A DNA stretch of 64,000 nucleotides. Source: Oscillospiraceae bacterium. Lineage in GTDB: Bacteria > Bacillota > Clostridia > Oscillospirales > CAG-382. The stretch spans positions 22,979 to 86,978 of the forward strand of contig SVTM01000006.1 of assembly GCA_015063785.1 (NCBI GenBank), written 5' to 3'. Both the position numbers and the translations under genes were made by a program. Positions within the stretch are counted from its first letter, which is position 1. Every line of letters begins with the position of its first letter. Below, in pieces: positions 7,249-16,139 of the stretch. A model generated the notes under the pieces. The model saw nothing but the letters and a program-made list of their open reading frames with translations. It was not told the origin of the DNA and ran no database searches.

Positions 7249-8421
7249 TCAGTTGTATATCGGGGACATCATGCGGAGTCTTTCGACGACCTTTTTGACG
7301 TTTTCAATCATATAGTCGATGTCCTCGTCTGTGGTTTCGTAGCAAATTGAAAGTCTGAGCGAGCCGTGGCAGATCTCAACGGGAATGCCCATGGAGGTGA
7401 GAACGTGCGACGGTTCAAGCGATGCCGACGAGCAAGCAGATCCCGTGGAACCGCAGATACCTGCGGCGCTGAGAAGAAAGAGCAGCGATTCGCCCTCTAT
7501 TCCCTTGAAAACAAAGCTTGCGTTGCCGGGAAGTCTGTCTGTGGGATGACCTGTCAGATAGGTGTCGGGAAGGCTTGTGATGCCCTTTATCAGTCTGTCA
7601 CGCTTTGCGGCAAGTTCTTTTGCTTCGCCCATTCTGTCGCGGGATATTTCAAGAGCCTTTGCCATGCCCATAATGTTGGCAAGGCCTTCTGTGCCTGCGC
7701 GCTTGCCCTTTTCCTGTCCGCCGCCTTCAATAAGGTTCTTGAGTCTTGTGCCTTTTTTGATATAAAGACAGCCTACACCCTTGGGAGCGTGGATCTTGTG
7801 ACCTGAGAAAGAAAGCATGTCAACCCCCAGATCCTTCACATTTACGGGGATGTTACCCACCGCCTGAACGGCGTCTGTAAGGAAGGGGATGTTTCTTACC
7901 GCTTTAACTGCCTTTACGATATCCGCAACAGGTTCAATGGTACCCATTTCATTGTTGGCAAGCATAACTGTTATAAGACAGGTGTTGTCGCGGATGGCGG
8001 AAACGATTGCTTCGGGAGAAACCTTTCCGTTTTCGTCCACGTCAACGTAGGTTACTTCATAACCCGAGTTTTCAAGAGCCTTAAAGGTGTGGAGCACCGC
8101 GTGATGCTCAATCTTTGTGGTTATGATGTGGGGTTTTTCGATCTTGTTGACACGGGCATAAACTGCGGAAGCTCCGCGAATGGCCCAGTTGTCCGATTCT
8201 GTGCCGCAGCTGGTAAAGAAGATCTCCTCGGGTGCGGCGCCGATGACATCTGCTATTCTGGCTCTTGCACTGTCAAGAGCTTTTTTTGCCTGCTGACCCA
8301 CGTGGTGAAGGCTCGACGGGTTGCCAAAAACTTCGGTGAAATAGGGCAGCATTTCTTCTACCACCTCGGGATAAACCTTTGTGGTGGCGGCATTGTCTGC
8401 ATAGACAAATCTTTTTTCCAT
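7249..8421 (-). CDS. nifS: cysteine desulfurase (NifS/IscS class I)
   Basis: PLP-lysine motif SFSGHKIHAPKGVG and active-site loop STGSACSSASLEPSHVL. Ends 23 nt upstream of nifU. Confidence 0.9.
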   Translation of the reverse strand: MEKRFVYADNAATTKVYPEVVEEMLPYFTEVFGNPSSLHHVGQQAKKALDSARARIADVIGAAPEEIFFTSCGTESDNWAIRGASAVYARVNKIEKPHIITTKIEHHAVLHTFKALENSGYEVTYVDVDENGKVSPEAIVSAIRDNTCLITVMLANNEMGTIEPVADIVKAVKAVRNIPFLTDAVQAVGNIPVNVKDLGVDMLSFSGHKIHAPKGVGCLYIKKGTRLKNLIEGGGQEKGKRAGTEGLANIMGMAKALEISRDRMGEAKELAAKRDRLIKGITSLPDTYLTGHPTDRLPGNASFVFKGIEGESLLFLLSAAGICGSTGSACSSASLEPSHVLTSMGIPVEICHGSLRLSICYETTDEDIDYMIENVKKVVERLRMMSPIYN

Positions 8422-8456
8422 TTGATTTTGCGCTTCTTCCTGTATTGTGATTGAGA

Positions 8457-8681
8457 TTATTTGTGTGTCTCGATGTACTTTATGGCATCGCCTATAGTCT
8501 TGAACTTAAGGATATCCTCGTCGGGAATCTCAAGTCCGAACTTTGTTTCAAATTCCATGATGATCTCAACGAGGTCAAGGGAGTCTGCGCCGAGATCTTC
8601 CTGAAGGTTGGTGCTTTCTGTGATGGTGTTTGGGTCGATCTTTAGATGTTTTACAAGTATTGCCTTGATTGTTTCGAGCAT
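8457..8681 (-). CDS. acpP: acyl carrier protein
   Basis: LGADSLDLVEIIMEFE carries the DSL phosphopantetheine-attachment serine. Length is 74 aa from ATG 8681, which is preceded by GGAGG plus 8 nt. The track start at 8696 has no SD. Confidence 0.85.
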   Translation of the reverse strand: MLETIKAILVKHLKIDPNTITESTNLQEDLGADSLDLVEIIMEFETKFGLEIPDEDILKFKTIGDAIKYIETHK

Positions 8682-8735
8682 GGTTTTATCCTCCATTATA
8701 ATATATTAAACTGAATGTTTACATTTTAACAATTT

Positions 8736-8764
8736 ATTGTACCCCATATATCAAAGTTTGTCAA
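8736..8764 (-). promoter_or_regulatory. sigma-A promoter for acpP-nifS-nifU
   Basis: On the minus strand: TTGACA (8759-8764), 17-nt spacer, TACAAT (8736-8741). Confidence 0.6.
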
Positions 8765-8829
8765 GAGCTATTTTGGTAAATATTCTTTGTATAATTTGAA
8801 TTTTTACCACTATTTTTCACAAAAAACTC

Positions 8830-8858
8830 TTGCACTTTTTTCGTCAATAGTATACAAT
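8830..8858 (+). promoter_or_regulatory. sigma-A promoter for the HD-domain gene
   Basis: TTGCAC (8830-8835), 17-nt spacer, TACAAT (8853-8858). Confidence 0.5.
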
Positions 8859-8894
8859 CGAATTGACAAGAAAAGAGAAAGGAGACAAAAAATT

Positions 8895-9554
8895 ATGATG
8901 ACCTACGAACAGTTAAGACAAAATGAAAAAATAAAAACCTATATCCTCAGCGCAGACAATTCGCTCAAAGCCATGGGCTATACCGAGCACAACTTTGCCC
9001 ACGTCACAAAAACCGCCGTCACCGCAGCATACATACTGACAGAGCTCGGATACGACGAGCACACAGTAGAGCTTGCAAAGATCGCAGGGCTTATGCACGA
9101 TATAGGCAATCTCGTCAACCGCGTGGACCATTCGCAAAGCGGTGCCATCATGGCATTCAGAATACTTGACAAGCTCGATTTTGACGCCGCCGACATCGCC
9201 GTTATCGTATCTGCCATAGGAAACCACGACGAAGGCACAGGGGTTGCGGTAAATCCCGCTGCGGCAGCCCTTATCCTTGCCGACAAGAGCGACGTCCGCC
9301 GCTCGCGTGTGCGCAACGCAGATTTTACAAAATTTGATATTCACGACAGAGTAAACTATTCTGTTGTAAGCTCGGAACTTGAGCTTTGCGACAACAACCA
9401 GGCAATAAAGCTTACCCTTGAAATTGACACGACCATCAGCCCGGTTATGGATTATTTCGAGATATTCCTCGGCAGAATGTCGATGTGCCGCAGGGCGGCA
9501 GAGTCGCTGGGACTGAAATTCAAGCTTGTCATCAACGGACAAAACCTTATTTAA
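8895..9554 (+). CDS. HD/HDIG-domain metal-dependent phosphohydrolase
   Basis: HNFAHV...GLMHDIGN...GNHDEG motifs. AAAGGAGA RBS precedes ATG 8895, so the upstream part of track ORF 8787 is rejected. Confidence 0.75.
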   Translation: MMTYEQLRQNEKIKTYILSADNSLKAMGYTEHNFAHVTKTAVTAAYILTELGYDEHTVELAKIAGLMHDIGNLVNRVDHSQSGAIMAFRILDKLDFDAADIAVIVSAIGNHDEGTGVAVNPAAAALILADKSDVRRSRVRNADFTKFDIHDRVNYSVVSSELELCDNNQAIKLTLEIDTTISPVMDYFEIFLGRMSMCRRAAESLGLKFKLVINGQNLI

Positions 9555-9664
9555 CAAAAAAATCGAAATTTTTTTGTCTGACACGAAACTTTTTCGAAAA
9601 AATAACGTCAGATAATATACAGGTTTTTACTTGTATATTTCCTGTTTTTAGGGGGAATGTATTT

Positions 9665-11233
9665 TTGAAAAAAAGATTGATTCTTATTTTAACGGCGGGC
9701 CTTCTCGTTTTGCCATCCTCCTGCACCCGTCCTGCACCTGTGCCGGGAAATGACGGCCCTGTTTTCAGAATAGAAGGCGAGCTGCCCGATATCGGCGAAT
9801 ATTCGGGAAAGGAAACAGTTAAATATCACGATAAGGCATCCGAAGATTTCGTTCCCGACGAAAGCTACGGCGTTCTCGTGCCCTTTTTCGGAAGATCAAA
9901 GCAGTTCGACGGTGAGTCGTTTGGCGCCGATACCAAAATTACCTATTCGTCCCAGGGCCTTTGCACCCCGGACGGACAGATTGTTCTTCCTCCCATCAAC
10001 GGCTACGTGAACTACAACGATTATTACGAAGAATTTCCGTATTACCAGATCACACCATACACCGATGAAATGGCGGAGATGATGATGCAGGGCGATTCGG
10101 TGATATTACCTGCAGACGGAAGTTTTAAACTTGACCTTTCGGCAGGCTCATGGATATGCGGCGCGGGCGACGGAATAATCTCGGTGCTCGAAAGCGATCC
10201 CAAAACCTACCAGTTTCGCGGTCTTGTCTGCTATGATTACAACGGAAACAAGCTTTTCGAAGTACCCGGGGTGTGGTCGGCAGGTGGCTTTTCGCACGGG
10301 TATTGCAACGTAAATATCGGAGAGGACGAGCAGAACGCCTGCTATATCGACAAGAGTGGCAAGATCGTCTCGAAAAAGTATCAGAACTGCTCTTATTTCA
10401 ACGAGCACGGCATTGCTTACGTATCCGAATACAACGGAAAAGCTTATCTCATCGATTCGGATCTCAATCGTATTTCCGATATATACGACACCATCTATTT
10501 TTACAGCGATGATTATATCACGGCGCGCGGAATCGGTTTTTCCGACGTGTTCTCAACCGACGGAAAGCTTATTGCATCAATTCCTGCCTCGGGATTTGTC
10601 AACGTTTACGGAAGCGGCGATGATATCCTTTACAGCTATTACGATGAAAACGGTGTGGAGGTATACAAAAAACCCGACGGCACGCCCTTTGTCAACGAAA
10701 AAGGACAGAGTCCCGAAATTTACACCCCTGTGCAAGGGTATTACATGCACAACGACGAAGAAAAAAACGTCCAGTCTCTCTTTGACGCAAAGGGCAAAAT
10801 AATCGCCGAGCTTCAAAGATGTCAAAGCGTAATTTCGGTGCTTGACGAAGAAAAGCTTATCATCTACACAAGAGGAAGCTATGATTTTGACGATTTCGTC
10901 GATGGCAGACCGATCTATACCGACCCGATAAAAACCATTATATACGATTTTGAAAACAAAAAAGAGGTTGCCGTCTTTGACGGTCAGGGCGGTGTATACC
11001 CCGCAGGGCATGACGAAAGGTACTATATTCTCTCGGTATATGAAGATTATGACTTCGGCGGAGCGACAAAATACTACCTTTTTGACACAAAAACCCAAAG
11101 TTTTGTATTGTCCGACTGTCTTATAATTGAATATTATGATGCCGGCGACGGTTTTTTTGCCGTGGCAACCGACAGTTTTTGTACCCTTTACGATGCCGAA
11201 CTTAAAAAAGTTCTGCGTCTTATTAACGAATAA
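9665..11233 (+). CDS. putative lipoprotein with WG-like beta-repeats (unknown function)
   Basis: GGGGGAA RBS then TTG 9665. Signal LKKRLILILTAGLLVLPSSC. Repeated units resemble YIDKSGKIV...F.EHGIAYV..NGKAYLID. The track start 9485 overlaps the HD gene and lacks a signal peptide. Confidence 0.55.
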   Translation: MKKRLILILTAGLLVLPSSCTRPAPVPGNDGPVFRIEGELPDIGEYSGKETVKYHDKASEDFVPDESYGVLVPFFGRSKQFDGESFGADTKITYSSQGLCTPDGQIVLPPINGYVNYNDYYEEFPYYQITPYTDEMAEMMMQGDSVILPADGSFKLDLSAGSWICGAGDGIISVLESDPKTYQFRGLVCYDYNGNKLFEVPGVWSAGGFSHGYCNVNIGEDEQNACYIDKSGKIVSKKYQNCSYFNEHGIAYVSEYNGKAYLIDSDLNRISDIYDTIYFYSDDYITARGIGFSDVFSTDGKLIASIPASGFVNVYGSGDDILYSYYDENGVEVYKKPDGTPFVNEKGQSPEIYTPVQGYYMHNDEEKNVQSLFDAKGKIIAELQRCQSVISVLDEEKLIIYTRGSYDFDDFVDGRPIYTDPIKTIIYDFENKKEVAVFDGQGGVYPAGHDERYYILSVYEDYDFGGATKYYLFDTKTQSFVLSDCLIIEYYDAGDGFFAVATDSFCTLYDAELKKVLRLINE

Positions 11234-11254
11234 AAACAAGAAAGGAAAAAAGTT

Positions 11255-12154
11255 ATGAAAAGAATTATTTGTTTTGCGCTCGTTTGCATTATGACGGTTT
11301 GTGCCTTTTCGGCCTGCACCCAAAAAACCGCCGATAACATCGGCGAAAGCTTTGTTTTCACAGAAGAAAATTATCCCAAAATGGGCGGCAGCCTTGCAAA
11401 TCTGCCCCTTGGTGAAGCAATAACCGCAACAGTTCTTGATATCGACCGCGAAAAAGCTTCGTCTATGATAAAGTTTGAAGGCTCGACCACCGACAACTAT
11501 GTGGCTCTTGTCGACGGCACTTTTGATATTCTTCTTGCCTACGAAATGTCTGAGGAAGCTATCGCCTACTGCAAGGAAAAGGGTGTTGAGCTTGAAATGA
11601 CCGCCATCGGCGCCGACGCTCTCGTTTTTATTGCAAGCCTTGAAAACGAAGTGGCATCCCTTTCGCAGGAACAGATAGAAAAAATATACATGGGCGAGAT
11701 CGAAAACTGGTCGGAAGTCGGCGGAGACGATCATCCCATCATCCCCTATCAGCGCAACAAGGACAGCGGAAGCCAGACTCTCTTTGACAAGCTGATCCCC
11801 CTGGGCGACAAGCTGATGGATGCCCCCGAAGAAACACGCATCGGCTCGATGATCGGACTTCTTGAGGCGGTGGCAGACTATGACAACTCGGCAGATGCTC
11901 TCGGATACACCGTTTATTACTATCTTTCCAACATGGAGGGCGAAAAACTCAACCGAAGCAAGATCCTTGCCGTTGACGGCATTGATCCTTCCAACGAATC
12001 GATCGCCTCGGGCGAATATCCTTACGTCAACGATTTTTACGTTGTCATAAGAGCAGACGCGGCAGATGATTCGCCCGAAAGAGTCCTTTATAACTGGATA
12101 ATCTCCGAGCAGGGCAAAGAGCTTGCAAGAAACGAAAACTACGTGGTTAAATAA
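11255..12154 (+). CDS. PstS-family (PBP-like) substrate-binding lipoprotein, orphan (no ABC partners nearby)
   Basis: Lipoprotein signal MKRIICFALVCIMTVCAFSAC. SGSQTLFDKL and YPYVNDFYVVIR motifs are typical of phosphate-binding-protein-like SBPs. Starts 21 nt after the upstream gene. Confidence 0.6.
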   Translation: MKRIICFALVCIMTVCAFSACTQKTADNIGESFVFTEENYPKMGGSLANLPLGEAITATVLDIDREKASSMIKFEGSTTDNYVALVDGTFDILLAYEMSEEAIAYCKEKGVELEMTAIGADALVFIASLENEVASLSQEQIEKIYMGEIENWSEVGGDDHPIIPYQRNKDSGSQTLFDKLIPLGDKLMDAPEETRIGSMIGLLEAVADYDNSADALGYTVYYYLSNMEGEKLNRSKILAVDGIDPSNESIASGEYPYVNDFYVVIRADAADDSPERVLYNWIISEQGKELARNENYVVK

Positions 12155-12190
12155 AAACAGGCTGTGGCAGAAATGCCACAGCCATTTTTA
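12153..12190. terminator. bidirectional rho-independent terminator between convergent genes
   Basis: GGCTGTGGCA (12160-12169) pairs with TGCCACAGCC (12174-12183), flanked by an A-run and ATTTTTA. Confidence 0.85.
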
Positions 12191-13300
12191 TCACAAATAA
12201 AGCTCACGCTTTGCGTTTTCAAGAAGCTCGCGGATGTCAAGCCCCTGCGGACAGATGTCCTCGCACGCGCCGCATTTTACACACTCGGAAATTTTTCCGC
12301 CCTGTTCTTTCAGCGCGTCCCGCACCTCGCCGCGGGATTTTTTTGCGGCAAGATATTGGTTGAACTGCGCAAATATTTCGGGGATACCGATCTCTTTGGG
12401 GCAGACCTGTGTACAATATTCGCAGGCGGTGCAACCGATCTGCTTTACGCGGCGGATAATGTCGCGTGCCGCGTGTGCCGCGGCAAATTCTTTTTCGTCA
12501 AAAGGCGCAAACGATGCACCCATGGTGCTGATATTGTCCCGCATCATCTCGCAGTTGCCCATACCCGAGAGCACCATAAAAACCTCGGGAAAGCTTGCGG
12601 CATAACGGATGGCAAAGGATGCGTGGCTTCCACCGTAGACTTTTGCAACCTCCTGCGCCGCTTCATCGGGAAGGTTTGCAAGAGTTCCGCCCTTCACGGG
12701 CTCCATAACAATTACCTTTTTGCCGTGTTTTACGGCAACGTCGTAGCACGCCACGCTCTGCACCGTCGGATCGTCCGAGTCAAGATAGTTGAATTGAAGC
12801 TGAACCGCCTCGATATCGGGCTGCTCGGAAAGAATAGTGTCAAGAACGTCTGCCGTGTCGTGGAAAGACATGGCGATGTGGCGTATTTTTCCCTGCTCTT
12901 TCAGCGCTTTTATCTGATTAAAAGCATCACAGTTTTTGTAATGCTCGTAGTTGTGACGATTCAGCGAATGGAAAAGGTAAAAATCAAAATAGGAAACTCC
13001 GCAAAGCTCAAGCTGGCTTTCAAAAAGGGGCAGAATATCCTCGCGCGTTTTAAAAAAGTTTCCCGAAAGCTTGTTGGCAAGAATAAATTCATCTCTCTTG
13101 TGCCGCGCTGACAAACAATCGCGAAGCGAGGTTTCGCTCTGACCGCCGATATATCCGTGGGCAGTGTCAAAATAATTAAAGCCTGCATCAAGAAAAGCAT
13201 CAATCATTTTGCAAAATTCGTCATAACAAACCTTGCCGTTTTCCATCTTCAGCCGCATACAGCCAAAGCCCAAATTTCCTTTTATTTCCTCAAAGGACAT
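12191..13300 (-). CDS. aldo/keto reductase fused to a C-terminal 2x[4Fe-4S] ferredoxin-like domain
   Basis: AKR motifs GFGCMRL, FDTAHGY and HSLN. C-terminal CTACEYCTQVCP and CVKCGACEDICP. ATG 13300 is preceded by AAGGTG. Confidence 0.85.
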   Translation of the reverse strand: MSFEEIKGNLGFGCMRLKMENGKVCYDEFCKMIDAFLDAGFNYFDTAHGYIGGQSETSLRDCLSARHKRDEFILANKLSGNFFKTREDILPLFESQLELCGVSYFDFYLFHSLNRHNYEHYKNCDAFNQIKALKEQGKIRHIAMSFHDTADVLDTILSEQPDIEAVQLQFNYLDSDDPTVQSVACYDVAVKHGKKVIVMEPVKGGTLANLPDEAAQEVAKVYGGSHASFAIRYAASFPEVFMVLSGMGNCEMMRDNISTMGASFAPFDEKEFAAAHAARDIIRRVKQIGCTACEYCTQVCPKEIGIPEIFAQFNQYLAAKKSRGEVRDALKEQGGKISECVKCGACEDICPQGLDIRELLENAKRELYL

Positions 13301-13365
13301 TCGTGTCACCTTCTTTCTTTACATGCTCTTATTATACAGACAAACCGCCGCCGTGTCAAGCAGGC

Positions 13366-13402
13366 AAAAAAAGACATCCCCTTGCACACGCAAAGGGATG
13401 TC
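13366..13402 (-). terminator. rho-independent terminator of the beta-helix gene
   Basis: On the minus strand: GACATCCC...GGGATGTC stem followed by TTTTTTTG. Confidence 0.7.
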
Positions 13403-13419
13403 GATAAGCGTTGTCGCGA

Positions 13420-14661
13420 TCAATATTCGATGTTGTTGACAACAAGGTTTGTGTCTGCGATCTTCTTTTCGAATGCCGCAAATTCTTCGTCAGAAGCATC
13501 CTGGCGCCAGCACATCATCTGACCTGCAGGACGGATGATAGTGTTGCCGTATACCTTATAATCCTTGGGCATTTCTTTGATACCACCCGATTTGAAGATG
13601 GTGCAGCTCTTGGCGTTCGAGAAGAAATTGCCGCGGACGGTGATGTCGCAAAGAGGACATTCAAGTCCGTAAAGCAAAAGATGTGCCGAAACTCCCTTGT
13701 CGGGACGTGCCGCATAACCCCAGCAGAAACCGGAATTGATGCAGACGTTGTTTTCAAAATAGCAGTTTACAAAGCCTGTGTCGGGAAGCTTGCCGCTCGA
13801 CCAGATCTCAAAGCACTGGGTGCAGTTCCACATCTGATTGTTGCGGAAGTACATGTTTTCCCAGTTTACCTTTACTTCTGTTCCCTGCATGGTGATGGCA
13901 ACGTCATAAACGTCCGAGAACTTGCAGCGTTCAACAGTTACGTCATGGGAATTGGACCAACATTCAACACCGTTGCCGTAACGGGTCGTGGGGTTGGGAT
14001 ATCCGGGCAGGCGAGATCCGCCGATCTCGTGGAATTCGCAGTCAGAAATATATGCACCGCCTGTCACTCCGTTGATACCGTGGCCGCCTGTGCCGTTGAA
14101 TACGATACCGCAGACCTTGATGTGATCTCTAAACCACATACAACTGATGTTGCAGGCAATCTTTATATCATCCGAAAGCTCGTCGGGAGCCTTGGTGGTG
14201 CAGACGTAAAGAAGGTTCTTTTCCATGTCGGTATAGAAATCCCATTCCTCTTTAAGATCGTCAAGCGAGAAGACTTTGCGGTACTTAATGACGCCCGAAA
14301 CCTTGATAAAGCCTGCGTTGGCGTCAATCTCAGAGTGGTTTCCGTCAAATTTCGACGTGTCGTTCATGTCAAGCATGTAAACGTTGTCGCGAATCTTTTC
14401 CCAAACGCCTGCATGTGGAATCTTGTACTGGCTGACCACAGGCTTTTTGCCTTCGCCGTAGGATGTATATGTGGTGGGTTGTTCGGGGCTGATGCCGGGA
14501 GCGGGATTGATCCTTCCGTAGAAGGTGTCTCCGCAACGGAATCTGACCTCGTCACCGCCGACGATAGTAGAATTTACTTTTGAAATACTTTTCCATGCTT
14601 TTTCGGGCGAAAGACCGTCATTACAATCGCATCCGTTTGCCGATACGTAATAAATGCTCAT
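13420..14661 (-). CDS. right-handed parallel beta-helix repeat protein without a signal peptide
   Basis: GGAGG RBS then ATG 14661. The MSIYYVSANGCDCNDGLSPEKAWKSI start motif and GGHGINGV...YGNGVECW coils are homologous to the C-terminal domain of the 35480 protein. Confidence 0.75.
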   Translation of the reverse strand: MSIYYVSANGCDCNDGLSPEKAWKSISKVNSTIVGGDEVRFRCGDTFYGRINPAPGISPEQPTTYTSYGEGKKPVVSQYKIPHAGVWEKIRDNVYMLDMNDTSKFDGNHSEIDANAGFIKVSGVIKYRKVFSLDDLKEEWDFYTDMEKNLLYVCTTKAPDELSDDIKIACNISCMWFRDHIKVCGIVFNGTGGHGINGVTGGAYISDCEFHEIGGSRLPGYPNPTTRYGNGVECWSNSHDVTVERCKFSDVYDVAITMQGTEVKVNWENMYFRNNQMWNCTQCFEIWSSGKLPDTGFVNCYFENNVCINSGFCWGYAARPDKGVSAHLLLYGLECPLCDITVRGNFFSNAKSCTIFKSGGIKEMPKDYKVYGNTIIRPAGQMMCWRQDASDEEFAAFEKKIADTNLVVNNIEY

Positions 14662-14734
14662 ATTAAGCCTCCGTTCTGTTTTCGTGCTGAAAACACAAGA
14701 ATTATAGTTGACAAAAACATTTTGCCCCGAAATC

Positions 14735-14763
14735 ATTATAAATGTAAAACATCGTTATGTCAA
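14735..14763 (-). promoter_or_regulatory. perfect-consensus sigma-A promoter for the 13420-14661 gene
   Basis: On the minus strand: TTGACA (14758-14763), 17-nt spacer, TATAAT (14735-14740). Confidence 0.7.
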
Positions 14764-14853
14764 GAAAGTTTTTGCTTTTTGTTCAATATGCAAACGATTA
14801 TGTTAAATCAGCCAAAAAATCATATCAGCAAGCCAAAAAAGCTTCTTTTGTGG

Positions 14854-14882
14854 TTGACAAGACGGCAAAAATGGGGTAGTAT
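14854..14882 (+). promoter_or_regulatory. sigma-A promoter for the DUF896-esterase-ruvX gene string
   Basis: TTGACA (14854-14859), 17-nt spacer, TAGTAT (14877-14882). Confidence 0.55.
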
Positions 14883-14917
14883 ATACAATGAAAATAGAAG
14901 TTTTCAGGGAGAAAAAT

Positions 14918-15127
14918 ATGACAGACGAAAAAGTACAAAGAATAAACGAGCTTGCGCGCAAATCCAAGACTGTTGGGCTTACTGATACCGAAAAGGCAGA
15001 ACAAAAAGCCCTGCGCGACGAATATATCGCCGATTACCGCAAGCAGTTCATAGGTATTATGGATAACACCTACATCCAGACCCCCGACGGCAAAAAGACA
15101 AAAGTCACCCGCCGAGAAGATAAATAA
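14918..15127 (+). CDS. UPF0291/DUF896 (YnzC-like) small protein
   Basis: [37 protein letters not shown] is the typical DUF896 helix-hairpin sequence. AGGGAG RBS precedes ATG 14918. Confidence 0.75.
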   Translation: MTDEKVQRINELARKSKTVGLTDTEKAEQKALRDEYIADYRKQFIGIMDNTYIQTPDGKKTKVTRREDK

Positions 15128-15149
15128 TTCATGAAAAAGGAGAAAAACC

Positions 15150-16115
15150 ATGCCTATTGTTGATATGCCTCTTGAAAAACTGAAGGAATACAAAGGAATA
15201 AACCCAAAACCTTCCGATTTTGAAGAATACTGGGACAACAACATTGCCCTTGCCGACAAGCTCGACACCAATGCACAGATGATCCCTTACGAATTCAAAA
15301 ATCCCATTGCCGATTGCTACGATCTTTATTTCACAGGCACAGGTAACGCCAAGGTTCACGCAAAGCTTCTTATCCCCAAGAAGAACAACGGAAAATGCCC
15401 CGCTCTTCTTAATTTCCACGGCTACCACGGAAGATCTTCGGATTTTGTTGATTATCTCGGCTACGTTGCCGCAGGCTTTGTTGTGGCGGCTCTCGATTGC
15501 CGCGGTCAGGGCGGACTTTCGCAGGAGCTAGGCGAGGGAGTAACAGGCGACTGCATGATCGGCCTTTTGCACATGGGCATTGATGCAGGCAAGGAAAATC
15601 TGCTTTTTAAGCACGTTTTTCTTGATACATATCTTCTCTCCAAAATTGTAAAAAATCTCCCCTGTGTTGACAAGACAAGAATCGGTGCATACGGCGGCTC
15701 GCAGGGTGGCGCTCTCACGGTTGCCTGCTCGGCGCTCGATCCCGACATAAAAATGCTCTCTCCCGATTATCCTTTCCTTTCGGATTACAAGAGAGTGTGG
15801 GAAATGGACCTTGCCAAGGCGGCTTACAGCAGCATCACCGAATATTTCCGCCGCTATGACTCCGAGCACAAGAGAGAAGACGAGATCTTCAACCTCTTCG
15901 GATATATCGACGTCCACAATCTCGCCCCCAGAATCAAGGGCAAGATGCTGATGTTTACCGGACTTATGGACACCATCTGTCCACCCTCCACCCAGTTTGC
16001 CATCTACAACAACGTGACCAGCGAAAAGAGCCACGTTATTTTCCCCGACTACGGTCACGAGGGAATCCCTTATATGGCACAGAAGAAATACGAGTTCATG
16101 ACAGAACTGCTTTGA
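15150..16115 (+). CDS. acetylxylan esterase / cephalosporin-C deacetylase (carbohydrate esterase family 7)
   Basis: N-terminal MPLEKLKEYKG..PSDFEEYW, nucleophile elbow GGSQGG, C-terminal DYGHE. Confidence 0.85.
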   Translation: MPIVDMPLEKLKEYKGINPKPSDFEEYWDNNIALADKLDTNAQMIPYEFKNPIADCYDLYFTGTGNAKVHAKLLIPKKNNGKCPALLNFHGYHGRSSDFVDYLGYVAAGFVVAALDCRGQGGLSQELGEGVTGDCMIGLLHMGIDAGKENLLFKHVFLDTYLLSKIVKNLPCVDKTRIGAYGGSQGGALTVACSALDPDIKMLSPDYPFLSDYKRVWEMDLAKAAYSSITEYFRRYDSEHKREDEIFNLFGYIDVHNLAPRIKGKMLMFTGLMDTICPPSTQFAIYNNVTSEKSHVIFPDYGHEGIPYMAQKKYEFMTELL

Positions 16116-16139
16116 TCTTTTCTTTGGGGGTGTGATCTT

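Noticed and set aside
8682-8696. Upstream ATG of acpP (MEDKT...).
   Set aside because: No Shine-Dalgarno precedes it. The GGAGG lies inside these codons, 8 nt before ATG 8681, which gives the canonical 74-aa ACP.
9485-9664. Upstream ATG extension of the lipoprotein ORF (track start 9485).
   Set aside because: The extension overlaps the 3' end of the HD gene, is not hydrophobic, and would bury the lipoprotein signal. TTG 9665 has a GGGGGAA RBS.
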